Shown here one piece after another: positions 37,790 to 51,231 of a stretch of DNA of 64,000 nucleotides. This DNA is from Squalus acanthias (lineage: Eukaryota). The notes beneath the pieces are model-generated. The model made no database searches and was not told the origin of the DNA. It was given only the letters and a program-made list of their open reading frames with translations. Within the stretch, counting starts at the first letter, position 1, and each line of letters starts with the position of its first letter. The stretch is from contig CM059446.1 of the NCBI GenBank assembly GCA_030390025.1, forward strand, positions 23,498,001 through 23,562,000. The letters are read 5' to 3'. The position numbers and the translations under genes were made by a program.

Positions 37790-40330
37790 AGGTCAACCTT
37801 CATATGCGCATGCATGTCACAAAGAGATTACCTCTCTTCAGTTGAACCTTCCTCCAAGAGGCATCCTTCATGTGGCTGGAATGATCCACACCAGATCATG
37901 CTTTCCTGGTAAGGCGGCATACATAGAGATCACCTCAATGTTTTGAGAGGTAATGATGTCACAGTGTGGGGGTGTATCCATTTATTCTTTTTCCCACCCT
38001 ATATATTATAAAATGGAAAGCCCTTATCCCTTGCTTGCTATCTATTTTGCCCACTAGTGCCCATAATGGGGTTGATGACCATCAAAGCCAAAGGAGCTGG
38101 TTGAGAAGGCGCGTGATACTTGAAAGATACTTTCCAGAAGATGACTACCAATGGTAGGTAAACTGTCTTTGGAAGATCACAGTCTCTGCATATCACTGGA
38201 GACGATCAAAGTCGTACAAGACTAGAGGGAGGAGAGGCCTTGAGAAGAGGATGCAATTACATCCAATAAAACTCACTGGGCAGTGAAGCCTAAGGTAAAA
38301 GTGTTTTATGGTGTTGTGATTAGGCAGCTGCTTAACAAATAACCTTGCTTTAAAGTTGTACGAGAAGTAACTGTGGATTGGGTGGAATGGCTTTCACAAT
38401 GCCTGCAAGCAAAGTGGTAACAGTGCAAAAGGCATTCTTATAGGCCATTGGGAAACCACAATTTTGTAATCAGTTTGCCCAATGTCCTGCAGCGGTAGGA
38501 GACAAATAGTTGACTAGGTTTGCAGAGGGATTCTGTACGGTTGGCAATAAGAAAACGCATCAAATTCTGACTGGTGAAGAAAGGGGGGAGGAACAGAAAT
38601 TAGTAATGATAATTTTTTTATTTAAATGAAAATGAGGCACCATTTGGGGCAAGAATCTCAGGAGCAGATGTACAGGGGAGCAGACAACATAAGGATACTT
38701 GACAACCAGTTTTTGTATTTGACTGACCCTGAGTGGATCCTCAATCAAGCACACCACTTGTTCATTAAAGTATTCCATGATGACTTTAGTAAAGGCTTCC
38801 AGCTGAAAAGCTCTCTGGTAGAAGAAATCACCAGAGCAAGTCTAGTGAAAGGCTACTTTCAAATGAGATGTGTCCTGTGCAAACATCTGATGCCCCCAAG
38901 TCTAAGCATCTCGGTTCATGCTCTGGAGGAATAGAATTTGCTTCCTGAATTTCTGCAGTACTGAAGCAACCTCAATGAATGTTCAAGAGGTGCAGAACAA
39001 GGGAGACTCTACTGGCACTATGGACCCAATAGGACTAACTTTTGCACACCCGTCCTGTTTCCAGTTGATAGCACCCAAGGAAAGATGCAGGACAAACTTG
39101 GTCGATTTGGAGTAATGGCTCAATCCTCAATTGAGATGTGTCTGTAGTGGATACATCTGGACTCTGTACAACCCTGGCATAAAAAACGAACAGCATCCTT
39201 CCTCATCTTCTAGTCCTGTCGAACTGGATCAGAAAGATACTGCAACAACATCCTTTCCTCTCAAATCTAATTCTGATTCCCAGCGGATGTAATTTGAGAT
39301 GTGACTTCTGGAGGGGGAATCAATACTGGCTGAGCAGCATTAGAATTCGTCACACTTGCCACCAGTTGGGGTATAAAACTATGTTACTATTCAGGGGAAG
39401 ACAAATCAGTAAAGGAAGACAAATCTCTAGCCCATGAAGATGAATTGGTTAGGGTAGTAGTAGGCAAACTAGATGAAGATCTGGTAGGTAGAAGCTGTAC
39501 AATTAGCTGCTTGAGTTGAATTGGTAGCAAGAGAATGTTTACACGCTAGAAACTATAAAACAGAGATGCCAGCTGCGAGAATGGAATATACGGAAGAGCT
39601 AAGTGAGGGAATTTCCCTTTGAAATGAATGTGTCCTTTGAAGAAGCTCTCCCAGCGTTGTGTTCTCAAATTGTTTAGTAATGTATGGAATTTCCTTTTGA
39701 TGACTTCAGAGAGTTTGAAATTAAATTGGGACTGAATGCCATTGATGCTGTTCTTTGGTCTGTACCAATGGGTTTGTGCTGAAAGGAACCCCACATCACT
39801 ACTCCATACAACAGTTAAGAGGCAAGCTGGATGGGTGAACTTGGGGAGTGGGAGCTGTATTGATAAAGGACAGACTTGGCATAGAAGTCGGAATCGGTAC
39901 CAGGACGGGGTTGGAGTCAGGTGTCGGAACAGAGCTGAGGATGGGGCCAGTGCTGAAAGTGGGCCGAATATAAAAGGCAGAAAGACAGTTGTTGAAGAAG
40001 ATTCCATTCTCAATGTCGCATTCTCCAATTCCAGTCTGCAGGAGAATCAGGTCACTGATTCCTCTTAAGACCTGCTAGATTTCAAAGGTTTGTGTTTAAG
40101 CAGGATGAGGTCATGAGACAAAGACTTGAAGAGCACAACAGTTCAGCGGTGCCTAATAAAGCAGTTACTGACAGGCGTTGGGTCACTACTGCTGGAAGCC
40201 AGGTGGACCTTACAAATCTTTGAAGCCTTGAATTATTTTGCTGAATTGGACTGTGTGCGTTCCCATAGAGAAGCTAAGGCACACATTACAGTTCACTATG
40301 TCATGACTCGCAGGTAGGCACTTTAACAGA
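37790..40330 (-). mobile_element. Decayed DIRS1-like (tyrosine-recombinase) retrotransposon
   Basis: Minus-strand pieces at 38200-38780 give FLPQMVPHFHLNKKIIITNFCSSP, RTESLCKPSQLFVSY, (A)HSTQSTVTS, IC*AAA*S..NTF, LDV, in the motif order of DIRS1 YR; many stops and frameshifts; outer limits uncertain. Confidence 0.6.
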
Positions 40331-40360
40331 GATCATACCTATCAGCCACAGAGAAAATTA

Positions 40361-41129
40361 GGCTGGAAATTTCCCCTTAAAAAAAAACCGGGTGGGTTTG
40401 GAGCATGGCGGTAGTTAAATTGTTAAAAATGGAATTCCCGACCTGATCGCGCCTCCAACCCGCCCACTTCTGGTTTTAACGGAGGCGGGATGGGGGCGGG
40501 CAGCCAACCCGTTCCCAGAGGGCGGTACCTTAATTTAAATATAGTAATGATGCTGGAAATCTCTTTTTTTCACCTCCATTTTGAATTTAACTACCTGTGG
40601 TCGGGTTTCACACAATTCGTGAAACCCGGCAGTTAAACCAAAGCAGGGACTACTGCATCCAGGAGGTAAGTGGCTTTATATCTACCTCCTGGATCCAGGG
40701 TCCCGACCTAACCCACCCCCCGTGGCCTTGATTGCCTCCCCAGGCACTCTCCCACCACCCCACCGATGATGCTGAGGCCGGTCACAATCCTCTGGTGGCT
40801 GGCCCCAATCCTCTCTAGCCCCTTGCCGATCCCCGGCCGAACACCCCCCGTCCCGCCCCTGTGATCCTCGACCCCCCCCCTCCCGATTCCTGGCCGACTC
40901 CAATCCCCGATCGACCCCGCCGCGATCCCCGACCTAGCCCTTACCGATCCCCAATCAAACTCCCCTTCCGACCCCCTGCCGATCCTCCAACCCCCTCCCA
41001 ATCCCCGTCTGACCCCACCCTGCCGATCACCGACCCCCACCCCCGGCGACCCCCCCGATCCCCGACCCGGACTCCGGGGTTTCCCGCCCGCCTTGGAGGT
41101 CTCCCGCCCCCGTTGAGAAAGTTCCGGCC
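40361..41129 (+). mobile_element. PIF/Harbinger-type MITE, family B
   Basis: TIRs GGCTGGAAATTTC / GAAAGTTCCGGCC; TTA TSD at 40358-40360 and 41130-41132; internal (CCCCGATC)-like array at 40820-41070. Confidence 0.8.
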
Positions 41130-42884
41130 TTAGATTGTCCTTCAGGAATATTTGATGCATGCAGAAGACATTTTGGAAAGGACACAGAGGTAAATATGAA
41201 GAAAAACACAAAAAAATCAGAAATCTCCTTAAAAGAACAATTTAATGGTCATGCAAAATATTCACAGAAGAGATATCAATCAGTCAAGCTGTTTGAGATA
41301 TTGACAGTGCGAGAGGTGGAAAGCAGTTTAAAACCCTTGCTGGGGGCGAGGGCGGAGGTGGCAGGATTTTGACTTTTATAATGTCTGTGACAGGGAGGAA
41401 AACACATGTACAAGGCCCCATAATGTGTCAGCACATCTCAAAAGAGCTCGGTGTGTTCCCTCCTCTCAGCATAGTGTGTGGCCCAGGGCAGAAAACTCCA
41501 CCAGCATGTGGAGGATGCAATCCGCTGAAGAACTTAAATTAGATTTCAAAAACTGACGGCTGCAATAAAAATGTCAATAAGACAATCATACTACACCTTT
41601 TTCAGGTGTAAGCTTTTCCATATACCTATCCATGTATTCAATTGTATTCATCCCGTCCCAACTTCTGTGACAGTTTCCCCCAATTTTTTAGTAGAAACAA
41701 AAAATGACTACAAAGCAACACGTTTAGTGCAACATAAAGATGTTTCATCTCCTATGCTGCTCAGTAGGTAAGCCACACCTCATACTATCAAGTATTGTGA
41801 AGCATACTCCCTCTCGGCTTCAAAATGTGCACGTCATAGCTCTAAAAATTCTGTAACTGGGATGTTAGTATAATCACTTGAACAGCCTACATAGTGAGGC
41901 TATTTATGTGACATTGCGTTAAGTGCCAGTGGGACAAATACACAGTTCGACTCCTCACCATATGCTCACAGCCATAGGTAAACTGATCCAGTAAACGAAC
42001 AATCAATCAATCAGACAGATCTATATTACCCATAGCGCAGTACACAGCAGGAGGGAGTGTGGCGCGGTTTCATTTACATTTATTGACTGGAGTTAATCTT
42101 GACCAAAGCAAGAATGGGAGTGAAAACTCAGGGGTATGCAAAATTTTATATTTAGTACAGTTGTATAGAATTATCAAAACTGTACAACTAAATACAAATT
42201 ATTATTATTGGAGAAAACCTGCCTTCACACCACAGGTCAGGCAAAGTCAGAGAATTTATGGAGAGATGGCTGCAGACTAAAGGTGGGCTGGGGTAAGGAT
42301 CATTAGACACAACTGCTGAGTTTTCGTTGTGGATTATTTAAAAATGCTATCAAGGAAGTTGTTGTTTAAGGATAGAGTAATATTTAAATAAAGGAATTAA
42401 TTCCAACTAGAAATGTGAGGACAGAAAAATGCCTTGTGTCTCTGAGGCAAATAAATAATGGGAGAAAGAACCAAAATATGCTGTAAATGCTTCAATAGGA
42501 AGGAATTAATTTTAAAACTATGAAGCATCCACTCTTATTTTTACTTGAACATATGATATTTTTATAATATGATGGAGGGTGCTGGGACTATCGACGTGAG
42601 GGGGGTGACAGTCTGGCAACATTTTAAAGTCGGCTTGGTGTTTTTTTTCTCCTGTGGACATTGACATGGTCGTGTGATCTCATGGCCCACGGTTAATTTT
42701 AAGCCCTACATGACATCAATGTTCAATAATGATACTATCAATTTAAACCATTTTCTGAATTTATTTGACATTATTTCAGTTTGTAAATATATAATTTAAA
42801 AGGAGAATTTTAATCATCAGCTTTTGGTAGTAGAACGGCAATTTTAGCAAGCAAAGGTACACCAGTCTTATAACAGTTAAACAT

Positions 42885-43240
42885 AACAAAAACTTGTATC
42901 TATATAGTGCCTTTAACAAAGTAACCATCCAAGACACAGAATGGACAGCGGGCAGGAGTAGAAGAAATAGGGGAGGTGAGGGAAGGCATGGTTAAACAGG
43001 AAGGTTTTGAGGAGGATTTCAAAGGTGATAAGTGATGTAGCAAGGAGGGCAACTTAGCGAGACAATTCCAGATTTTAGGGCTCTAACAACTGAAAGCTCT
43101 GTCACCAATGGTGGAATAGAAGATGGTCAGAATCAGAAGAACAGAGGGTGTGTGCCACAATGTTATAATGAAAGTGGGATATGTTACACTAAGGAGTTGT
43201 AGAATGAAGATGAGATATATAATCAAGACACTAAACCTTT
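42885..43240 (-). mobile_element. Old L2 3' fragment
   Basis: Tail ACTTGTATCTATATAGTGCCTTTAAC and STIGDRAFSC on -. Confidence 0.55.
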
Positions 43241-43751
43241 GCTCTACAACATTCTCTGCTAAACCTAAACAATTAAAAGGTGTAGCAGCGTTAGCATCCA
43301 GGTGACCCCCATGACACATGCAGTAGCTGGCCTGCTATATATGGAACACTGTCTCAACATTATCTGCAGACAACTACCAAAACAAAAGCACATTAAGCAA
43401 AAGTTAGGGATCTAAAACTAGATTTGCTGCTGCTTTAAGTTAAAATAATAAACGTCATTTGACATTACTTAAATGAAATTCATTGCCACAAGAGAAGACA
43501 CGACCACAGCATACTGAAAAACCTGTGCTATAAAAAGGGCTAAAACTGGCAAGTGACAATAGAAACATTTAAAACCATTTACTGAAGTTGTGAGGTAGCA
43601 GGAGTGCATTTTCAGTTCAGCAAAAGCTGTGACAACAGAACCACAGACCAGAGCTTCACCAATCATTAAAATGTGTGGCTACCAGGATCGTACCTATGAG
43701 CTTAAAGCGTAATTGCTCCACTTTTCTTCCCACTTGGTTAACACTGCATAG

Positions 43752-45454
43752 CTTTTCACTACTGTTCACTATGGAGAAGGACGATGTAGGCATAGAAATC
43801 AGGCAGGGGGATTGTGATATACTTGAACAAATTAGTATTGAGAGGGAGGAGGTACTAGCGGTTTTAGCAGGCTTAAAAGTGGATAAATCCCCAGGCCCAG
43901 ACGAGATGTATCCCAGGCTGCTGTGTGAGGCAAGGGAGGAGATTGCAGGGGCTCTGACACAAATTTTCAGATCCTCTCTGGCCACAGGGGAGGTGCCAGA
44001 GGACTGGAGGACAGCTAACGTAGTACCATTATTCAAGAAGGGTAGTAGGGATAAACCAGGGAATTACAGGCCAGTGAGCCTAACATCAGTGGTAGGGAAA
44101 TTATTGGAAAAAATTCTGAGGGACAGAATTAGTCTCCACTTGGAGAGGCAAGGATTAATCAAGGATAGTCAGCATGGCTTTGTCAGGGGGAGATCATGTC
44201 TAACCAATTTGATTGAATTTTTCGAGGGGCTGACTAGGTGCGTGGATGAGGGTAGTGCAGTTGATGTAGTATACATGGACTTCAGTAAGGCTTTTGACAA
44301 AGTCCCGCATGGGAGACTGGTCAAGAAGGTAAGAGCCCATGGGATTCAGGGCAATTTGGCACATTGGATCCAAAATTGGCTTAGTGGCAGGAGGCAGAGG
44401 GTGATGGTCGAAGGTTTTTGTGACTGGAAGCCTGCGTCCAGTGGTGTACCGCAGGGATCGGTACTGGGTCCTTTGCTGTTCGTAGTGTACATTAATGATT
44501 TAGATATGAATGTAGGAGGTATGATCAGTAAGTTTGCAGATGACACGAAAATTGGTGGAGTGGTAAATAGCGAGGAGGGAAGCCTCAGGCTACAGGACGA
44601 TATAGACGGGTTGGTCAGATGGGCAGAACACTGGCAAATGGAATTTAACCCTGAAATGTGTGAGGTGATGCATTTTGGGAGGACAAACAAGTCAAGGGAA
44701 TACACAATGAATGGTAGGACCCTAGGAAGGACAGAGGACCAGAGGGACCTTGGTGTGGATGTACATAGATCCCTGAAGGCAGCAGGACAGGTAGATAAGG
44801 TGGTTAAAAAGGCATATGGGATACCTGCCTTCATTAGCCGAGGCATAGAATATAAGAGCAGGGAGGTTATGATGGAGCTGTACAAAATGCTAGTTAGGCC
44901 ACAGCTGGAATACTGTGTGCAGTTCTGGTTGTCACACTATAGGAAGGATGTGATTGCATTAGAGAGGGTGCAGAGGAGATTCACCAGGATGTTACCTGGG
45001 CTGGAGCGCTTCAGCTATGAAGAGAGACTGGACAGGCTGGGGTTGTTTTCCTTCGAGCAGAGAAGGCTGAGGGGGGACCTGATTGAGGTGTCCAAAATTA
45101 TGAGGGGCATAGATAGGGTAGATAGAAAGGAACTTTTCCCCTTAGTAGAGGGGTCAATAACCAGGGGGCATAGTTTCAAGGTAAGGGACAGGAGGTTTAG
45201 AGGGGATTTGAGGAAAAACTTTTCACCCAGAGGGTGGTTGGACTCTGGAACTCACTGCCTGAAAGGGTGGTAGAGGCAGGAACCCTCACAACATTCAAGA
45301 AGCATTTAGATGAGCACTTGAAACGCCATAGCTTACAAGGCTACGGACCAAGTGTTGGAAAATGGGATTAGAATAGATAGGGCTTGATGGCCGGCGCGGA
45401 CACGATGGGCCGAAGGGCCTCTTTCTGTGCTGTATGACTCTATGACTACTCTAT
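43752..45454 (+). mobile_element. 5'-truncated CR1 LINE with an open RT domain and complete 3' tail
   Basis: ORF 43675-45273: KSPGPD, PGNYRPVSLTS, QHGF, DFSKAFDKVPH, GVPQGSVLGP, FADD; frameshift near 45215; tail CTGTATGACTCTATGACT. Confidence 0.95.
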
Positions 45455-45722
45455 AAACAGAGGGAAGATGTTCCAACTACACTTCTAAACATATGAAGTA
45501 ATGGACTTAGTCCTGGTGGACTGCAATATTTTAACTTTAATTTGCCCTGGCCTCAGTAATAAAACAAAATTATAAAAGTTTAATAGGAGCAATGCACTTG
45601 TCCATTCTATTAATGCTCATGACAAATACATCTTTCTTACTGTCTCACTTTACAGCTTTTGCATTGTGAAAACTGTTCAGTGTGCTTTTCTCCCACAATT
45701 GACAGACAGTGCAGTAACTCAC

Positions 45723-45861
45723 TTGCATGTATTGTTCCCTTCCTCAGTCGCACAGTGACCAGAACAGTAACAATGAAGCCTTGGCTCTGCATCTTCAGGT
45801 GCTACTGTGGCACCATTTGCCTTCATGCCTGTTCCCATAAGCATGCTGTCAGGATTCTGAC
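45723..45861 (-). CDS. BMPR1A: BMPR1A second coding exon ([46 protein letters not shown])
   Basis: AAG acceptor after a pyrimidine tract, GTGAGT donor, 139 nt; CYCSGHC..NNTC typical of ALK3; needs one more upstream exon (phase 1) for ATG and signal peptide. Confidence 0.93.
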
Positions 45862-46309
45862 CTTTACAGAGAAAGAATAAAAATAGTTATTAGGGTATTG
45901 TAATATTGTAAAAGTTAAATCAGTTAGCACATCAATTTTACACTTTTTTTTATAGATTACTGCCATGCTTTTCTTTCAGTGACAAGGTGGCATGGCATAA
46001 ACTAACAAAGTCTTCACTGTTGCAACCCATACTATTCGCATTGGGACATTTTTTTCTACATTAAAGGTGCTAAATAAATGGAAGCTGTTGTTGTTATTAA
46101 CAAAAGGCTCATTGCTGCTTACATCCTATATAACACTACCACTTATACCCTCGGCCCAAGTACTGGTGGTTATAGGTCTGTCACTAGTGGTGTAGTAACT
46201 CAAGGTTATGAATTAAGGGTAGCTCACAAGAAACATGATAGACAACATTAAATTGTATAGGTTGGTGTCACATTTTCCGATAATGCATTGGTATCAATAC
46301 ACTAAATAA

Positions 46310-46580
46310 GCCTCGGTAGCAACTGGACTAGCAACCCAGAGGTCATGAGTTCAAATCCTTGGCAAGTTAGGAAATTGAATTCAGTAATTTGTGGGCTGAC
46401 ACCAGAGAAAATGACCATGAAAGTTGCTGGATTGTTGTTTTAAAAAAACAAAACTGGAACCTGCCTTCTCTTCCGGTCTGGCTTATGTGACTCAGTCCCA
46501 CATTATGTGTTTGACTCTTAATGCCCACGGGGCAATTAGGGATGGGCAAGAAATGCTACCGGTGTCATCCAGAGAACAAA
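46310..46580 (+). mobile_element. tRNA-derived SINE with LINE-derived tail
   Basis: GGACTAGCAACCCAGAGGTCATGAGTTCAAATCC head; tail GGGCAATTAGGGATGGGCAAGAAATGCT. Confidence 0.55.
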
Positions 46581-47930
46581 TATGTAGAAAAGCCAAGTGA
46601 CAAGAATATAAAGGAAGTTCAATTGCTTCCATTGCATCAGGCCTTTCTCTAATTTCCAAACACAAGCACATTATCCTCGTGCTTAAGAAAGTTTAAGACT
46701 TTAATGACTAACTTTCCAAAGTATTCAAAGCAGCTTTCAAAATATTATACATACACGCACCAGACACACATAACTTGTAAGTACACACACACTAATAAAT
46801 GCACTTATTCAATGGAACATATCAGAGCACTGCTTTCTGAAGTCCTTGAAATCATTGCATGAAGTTTAAAAACCACACATATGTGGTCTCAACATTCTGG
46901 GCTATTGAGAGACAGGACATGGGACAAGTTAATCACAAACTAATTGCTTCCTTTCATTGTTAAATCGGAACTATTTTAGAATAATCACTTCCTCTAGGGC
47001 TCTTTGATTGCACTGGTAGATTATTTAAAAATGTCTTGTAGGACAAAGAAAAGGTTAGAATTTTGATGCAAAAGGTCCAATTAGTCAGTCATCACGATAG
47101 CTTGGGCCTTCCAAATCTACAACAGTGTGGGAGGTGATGTGGCTCCATCCATCTCCATTTTGGGGATGGTAACTGGATGAACAAACTTTAAAACATCAAT
47201 CAGTCTTGCAGAAACCAACTCCTAAATCTCTTCAAGCACAGAAATAGGGCAGCCGTCACTTTTCGTGTGATGAATCATCATCCATATTGAAATGAGATGA
47301 TTTGAAAATTGTATATTGATTGTTTTGGTGAGTTACCAATATCAGTGTTCCTGCCATGAGGATCTGTTAAGCAGAGGTTAGCCGCTTCCTCACAGGGAGG
47401 GAATAGCTGGAGATTGAATGCTTTGTGCATCTCCTACTAGCTGAGATCAGATTGCCCGGCGATGCAGTTAACTAGGGATACTGCAGAGAAGTTGAAGAAA
47501 GCTTCCATTATTCCTAGAGCATGACTGATATGGGTCTGGACCAACTAGGGACAGATATGACATAGGTCAACCAAAGCTATCAAAACAAAATTCAGCCACA
47601 TTAAAGCTCAAAGACTTGTTTGACACAGGTCCAGGCCTCTGTGAGGCTTCCTGGTCCACAATGTGACCACTTTTGTGCTATTAAATTCTTTTTATGAAGC
47701 AGCGGTTGCTTTATCTCTTTAATCCAGCATGCAGTGATTTGACTTTAAATTTCTGAATATGTTGAAAAATCCTCTAGAATTCTAATAATAACACAAAAAA
47801 TTGAAATGACTAAACTACTTCAAAATGAAGGTTTGCTTATTTGTGTATCTGTACAAGTTTGTGGCTAAAAGCTTAGCACTCGTAAGATATGAAGGTTCTA
47901 GTTAGAAAGATGTTACCAGCACAGATCTAA

Positions 47931-48124
47931 GAAAAGAAAGACTTGCATTTTATATCGCGCCTTTCATGACCACCGGACGTCTCAAAGCGCTTTACAGCCA
48001 ATGAAGTACTTTTGAAGTGGAGTCACTGTTGTAATGTGGGAAACGCGCAGCCAATTTGTGCACAGCAAGCTCCCACAAACAGCAATGTGAAAATGACCAG
48101 ATAATCTGTTTTTGTTATGTTGGT
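47931..48124 (-). mobile_element. Deu-SINE 3' portion
   Basis: GAAAGACTTGCATTTTATATCGCGCCTTTCATGACC..AAAGCGCTTTACAGCCAATGAAGTACTTTTGAAGTG..GCAGCCAATTTGTGCACAGCAAGCTCCCACAAAC. Confidence 0.8.
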
Positions 48125-49002
48125 CATATCAAAAGGAATCATATTCTGTATCCAGAACTGTGAAGCAAAACCACTTTGCACTGATGGTTCCACTGTACCG
48201 AAGGCCGGGCACACCCCAAACTCTCAGTTTGGCTTGTCGCTAGATTACCCTGTTTTACTAGTTCCTGATCAGCACCAAAGTAGAAGAGACCCACCTTTCA
48301 ATTTCACTCTGCATTTACATTGTATTCTTTGTATAGTGAAGGAGTGAGGATTGGTCGTGATATTTAATGTTGCTAAAATTTGTTACCCTATTTCTTAAAA
48401 GTTTACAAATGTATGACAGTGACACATTAGGATCCTGTCAAGTTGGTGAACTTTATGAATTATTTAAGGTGCAAAATGCCATGAACAAATGTAGTTATTT
48501 TTACTTAAGAGAAAGCTGTGCAATGAACAATCCTTTTATATATAAAAAATATTTTAAGCATTATCGTTTTGATCAGACAATTTGGTATACTTTTTGTTTG
48601 TTTACAACAAAACAACAGAGTGTTCTGAAGACATGGTTACAATTTGGTTTTACCCCATACTCTTGGTTCATGATGACACAAAAGGTGGTCTCCACAGGCA
48701 GACTCTTGTCCCCCATGAACTGGAACTTGTACACATTGCACGGAGAGCGAATTGGTTAGCTTCACATAGGATTAACAATTATCCGATACTCGACTTACAC
48801 ACTGGAAAAATGTGCAGAATGCCAAGCATACACTTCTGAAATCTCTGATGAGTCATAAAAAACCATGGTGACAGACCATGTATTTCAGGCTAAACTACAA
48901 ACAAATTTATTGCAAGACGCATATCTAAACAGAAGTGAACTAAATCAGCAGCAAAAAGCAATACTGTATTTAACTTCCACTGGTAATTTAAGTAGTTAAA
49001 AT

Positions 49003-49505
49003 AAGAGTGTTCTCAGGCCAACATCCCCAGCATCGAAGCTTTGACCACGCTCGATCAGCTCCGATGGACGGGTCACATCGTCCGCATGCCCGATACAAGA
49101 CTCCCAAAACAAGCGCTCTACTCGGAGCTCCGACACAGCAAGAGAGCCCCAGGTGGGCAGAGGAAACGCTTCAAGGACACCCTCAAAGCCTCCTTGAAAA
49201 AGTGCAACATCCCCACTGACACCTGGGAATCCCTGGCCCAAGACCGTACAAAGTGGAGGAGAAGCATCCGGGAAGGCGCCGAATACCTCGAGTCTCTTCG
49301 CCGGGAGCAAGCAGAAGCTAAGCGCAAACAGCGGAAGGAGCGCACGTCGACCCAAGCAATCCACCCACCTGCCCCTTCAACCACCGTCTGCCCCACCTGT
49401 GACAGAGACTGTAGGTCCCGCATTGGACTCTATCAGTCACCTGAGAACTCATTTTTAAAGTGGAAGCAAGTCATCTTCGGTTCCGAGGGACTGCCTAAGA
49501 AGAAG
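49003..49505 (+). mobile_element. RTE-clade LINE 3' fragment
   Basis: QLRWTGHIVRMPDTRLPKQALYSEL..RAPGGQRKRFKDTLKASL..WESLAQDRTKWR, CPTC..SRIGL zinc-finger-like end and (AAG)n tail. Confidence 0.88.
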
Positions 49506-49669
49506 CTGTTCATACAATTCTTAAGGTCCATGTTCAGAACCCTTTAACCCAAATTTGAATGACCAATTGAGGGTATTTAGCTCCATGAAATTCCTGTTTC
49601 ATCACTGATATAGAAGTAATCAAACTGAACAACTATACATAAGATATGGCGAAAAACTGTAGTATTACA

Positions 49670-50830
49670 TAGAAATTACAATACGGAAGCAGTCTGTTCA
49701 GCCCAAGCAGTCCCATATCGGTGTTTATCCTCCGTACATGCAGCAGAACTAAACCCATGTGCCCACTCTACTCCTATCTCTATTCCCCTTTCCGTCAACC
49801 ACATATCCAACCTATTCTTAAAAGTTGGAATGGGCTCTACTTTAATCACTAACTCCAGTAGTGCATTCCATAGTCCCACACTCCTCTGTGCAAAATAATT
49901 TCTCCTGGTCTCGGGCATAAAACGCTTAGGTGGAAAAATAACTAATTAGCACCCCCGTGGCCGAAATTCATCGGTAGCGCCCCAAGAGGGAAGCACTGCG
50001 GCACATCACGCCACGGTACTGCAGGCCTGCCTCCCCTTCTTTAAGGGGCGGGGCCTTGTGCAGCACGACCCGGGGCCCAGCTGGGCCACCAGGGATCGGA
50101 GTGCCGGCAAATGAGCCCGGCACTCAAGAGAACGGGGGCAGGTGCTGGCAGGCGGCCAGCAACAAAAATGGCCGCCTGGCACCTCGCCTTTAATTAGCGC
50201 CGCCCCGGCCGCTGGTAGGCCCCCCTGACCCCGTCGGACATAGCGTCCGGCGGTAAGTCAGGGGGCGCTACCGAAGATCACGGCCGGGGCGCTGCACATG
50301 GCGATGATGTCATCGCCGGCGGCGCAGCACCGCGGGGCGCTAACGGTTACCGCCGCCGTTAACCTTCCGTTGAATTTCGCGGGAGGCGTTGGCGGCCAGA
50401 GCCCGGGCGCTGGTTGCTTTGCGCCCCGTTAGCGCCCTCTTAGGGCGCTAACGGGAGGCGCAAAGCAACCGAATTTTTCCCCCTTACATTTAATCTTCTA
50501 TGTTCCCTCCTTCAAGACCTCTCAATCACTTGAAACAGTCTGCCTCTATCTGCTCTGTCCAATTCCTTCACAATTTTAAACAATTATCCAATCACCCATA
50601 ATTGAGTCTATTCTAATGAGAATAGTAACAATTTTTCAAATCTTTCTTTGTATTTGTATTTCCTCATACCAGGCAGCATCCTAGTGAATCTGTGCTATAT
50701 CGTCCCCATTTCCTCAACTTCCTTCATATAGTGTGCAGCCCTAAACTAAACATAACGCTCCAAGTGTGGTTTTACCACGGTTGGATATAGATTTGCCGTT
50801 ACATCTCAAATTTTATAATCATACCTAGTC
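49670..50830 (-). mobile_element. Old CR1 3' fragment split by MITE A copy 2
   Basis: RRNYFAQRSVGLWNAL..FKNRLD at 49676-49918; CR1-like text resumes after 50486. Confidence 0.6.
49929..50483 (-). mobile_element. Harbinger-type MITE family A copy 2 (inverted)
   Basis: Reverse complement of the 29094 copy with internal deletions; TTA TSD at 49926-49928 and 50484-50486. Confidence 0.85.
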
Positions 50831-51231
50831 ATAAAACACATAAAAATGCAGACCTGATCAAGGCAGTTCCTCCTAATTCAGATCAAAATGGATCTTTCAC
50901 AATAGGCAAGTGTTTTGAAGCAAACCTAAACTATTTCCCATCAGCCGGGTAATCAGTATGAATTATTTCTATTACTTGAGTGGCTCGAAAGTGAAAAAAA
51001 ACTCACCTCACTGTGTGGGAAATTGCTGATTACATCTGGTGTACTATCTCCCCTTCGTAAAAACACTATGGAGTGGGCAATGATGCCTCGCATTATCAGG
51101 TGTGGACACAAAGAACTGCAACTAGCCAGCGGCGCTCAGCGGGCCAAAAAGTGACCAACCAGTGCAATAAGCCATGGGAGTCTGATCACAAGACTCATTA
51201 TGCCCATGGGTATATTTAAATTAGGAATGAT

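Noticed and set aside
43675-45273. 532-aa ORF as a cellular gene or active LINE
   Set aside because: 5'-truncated CR1 without endonuclease; the first ~25 codons are flanking DNA and the C-terminus is frameshifted
51001-51060. Strong minus-strand donor GAG|GTGAGT as a coding exon end
   Set aside because: TGA in the required frame immediately before the donor; a non-coding or cryptic exon cannot be excluded
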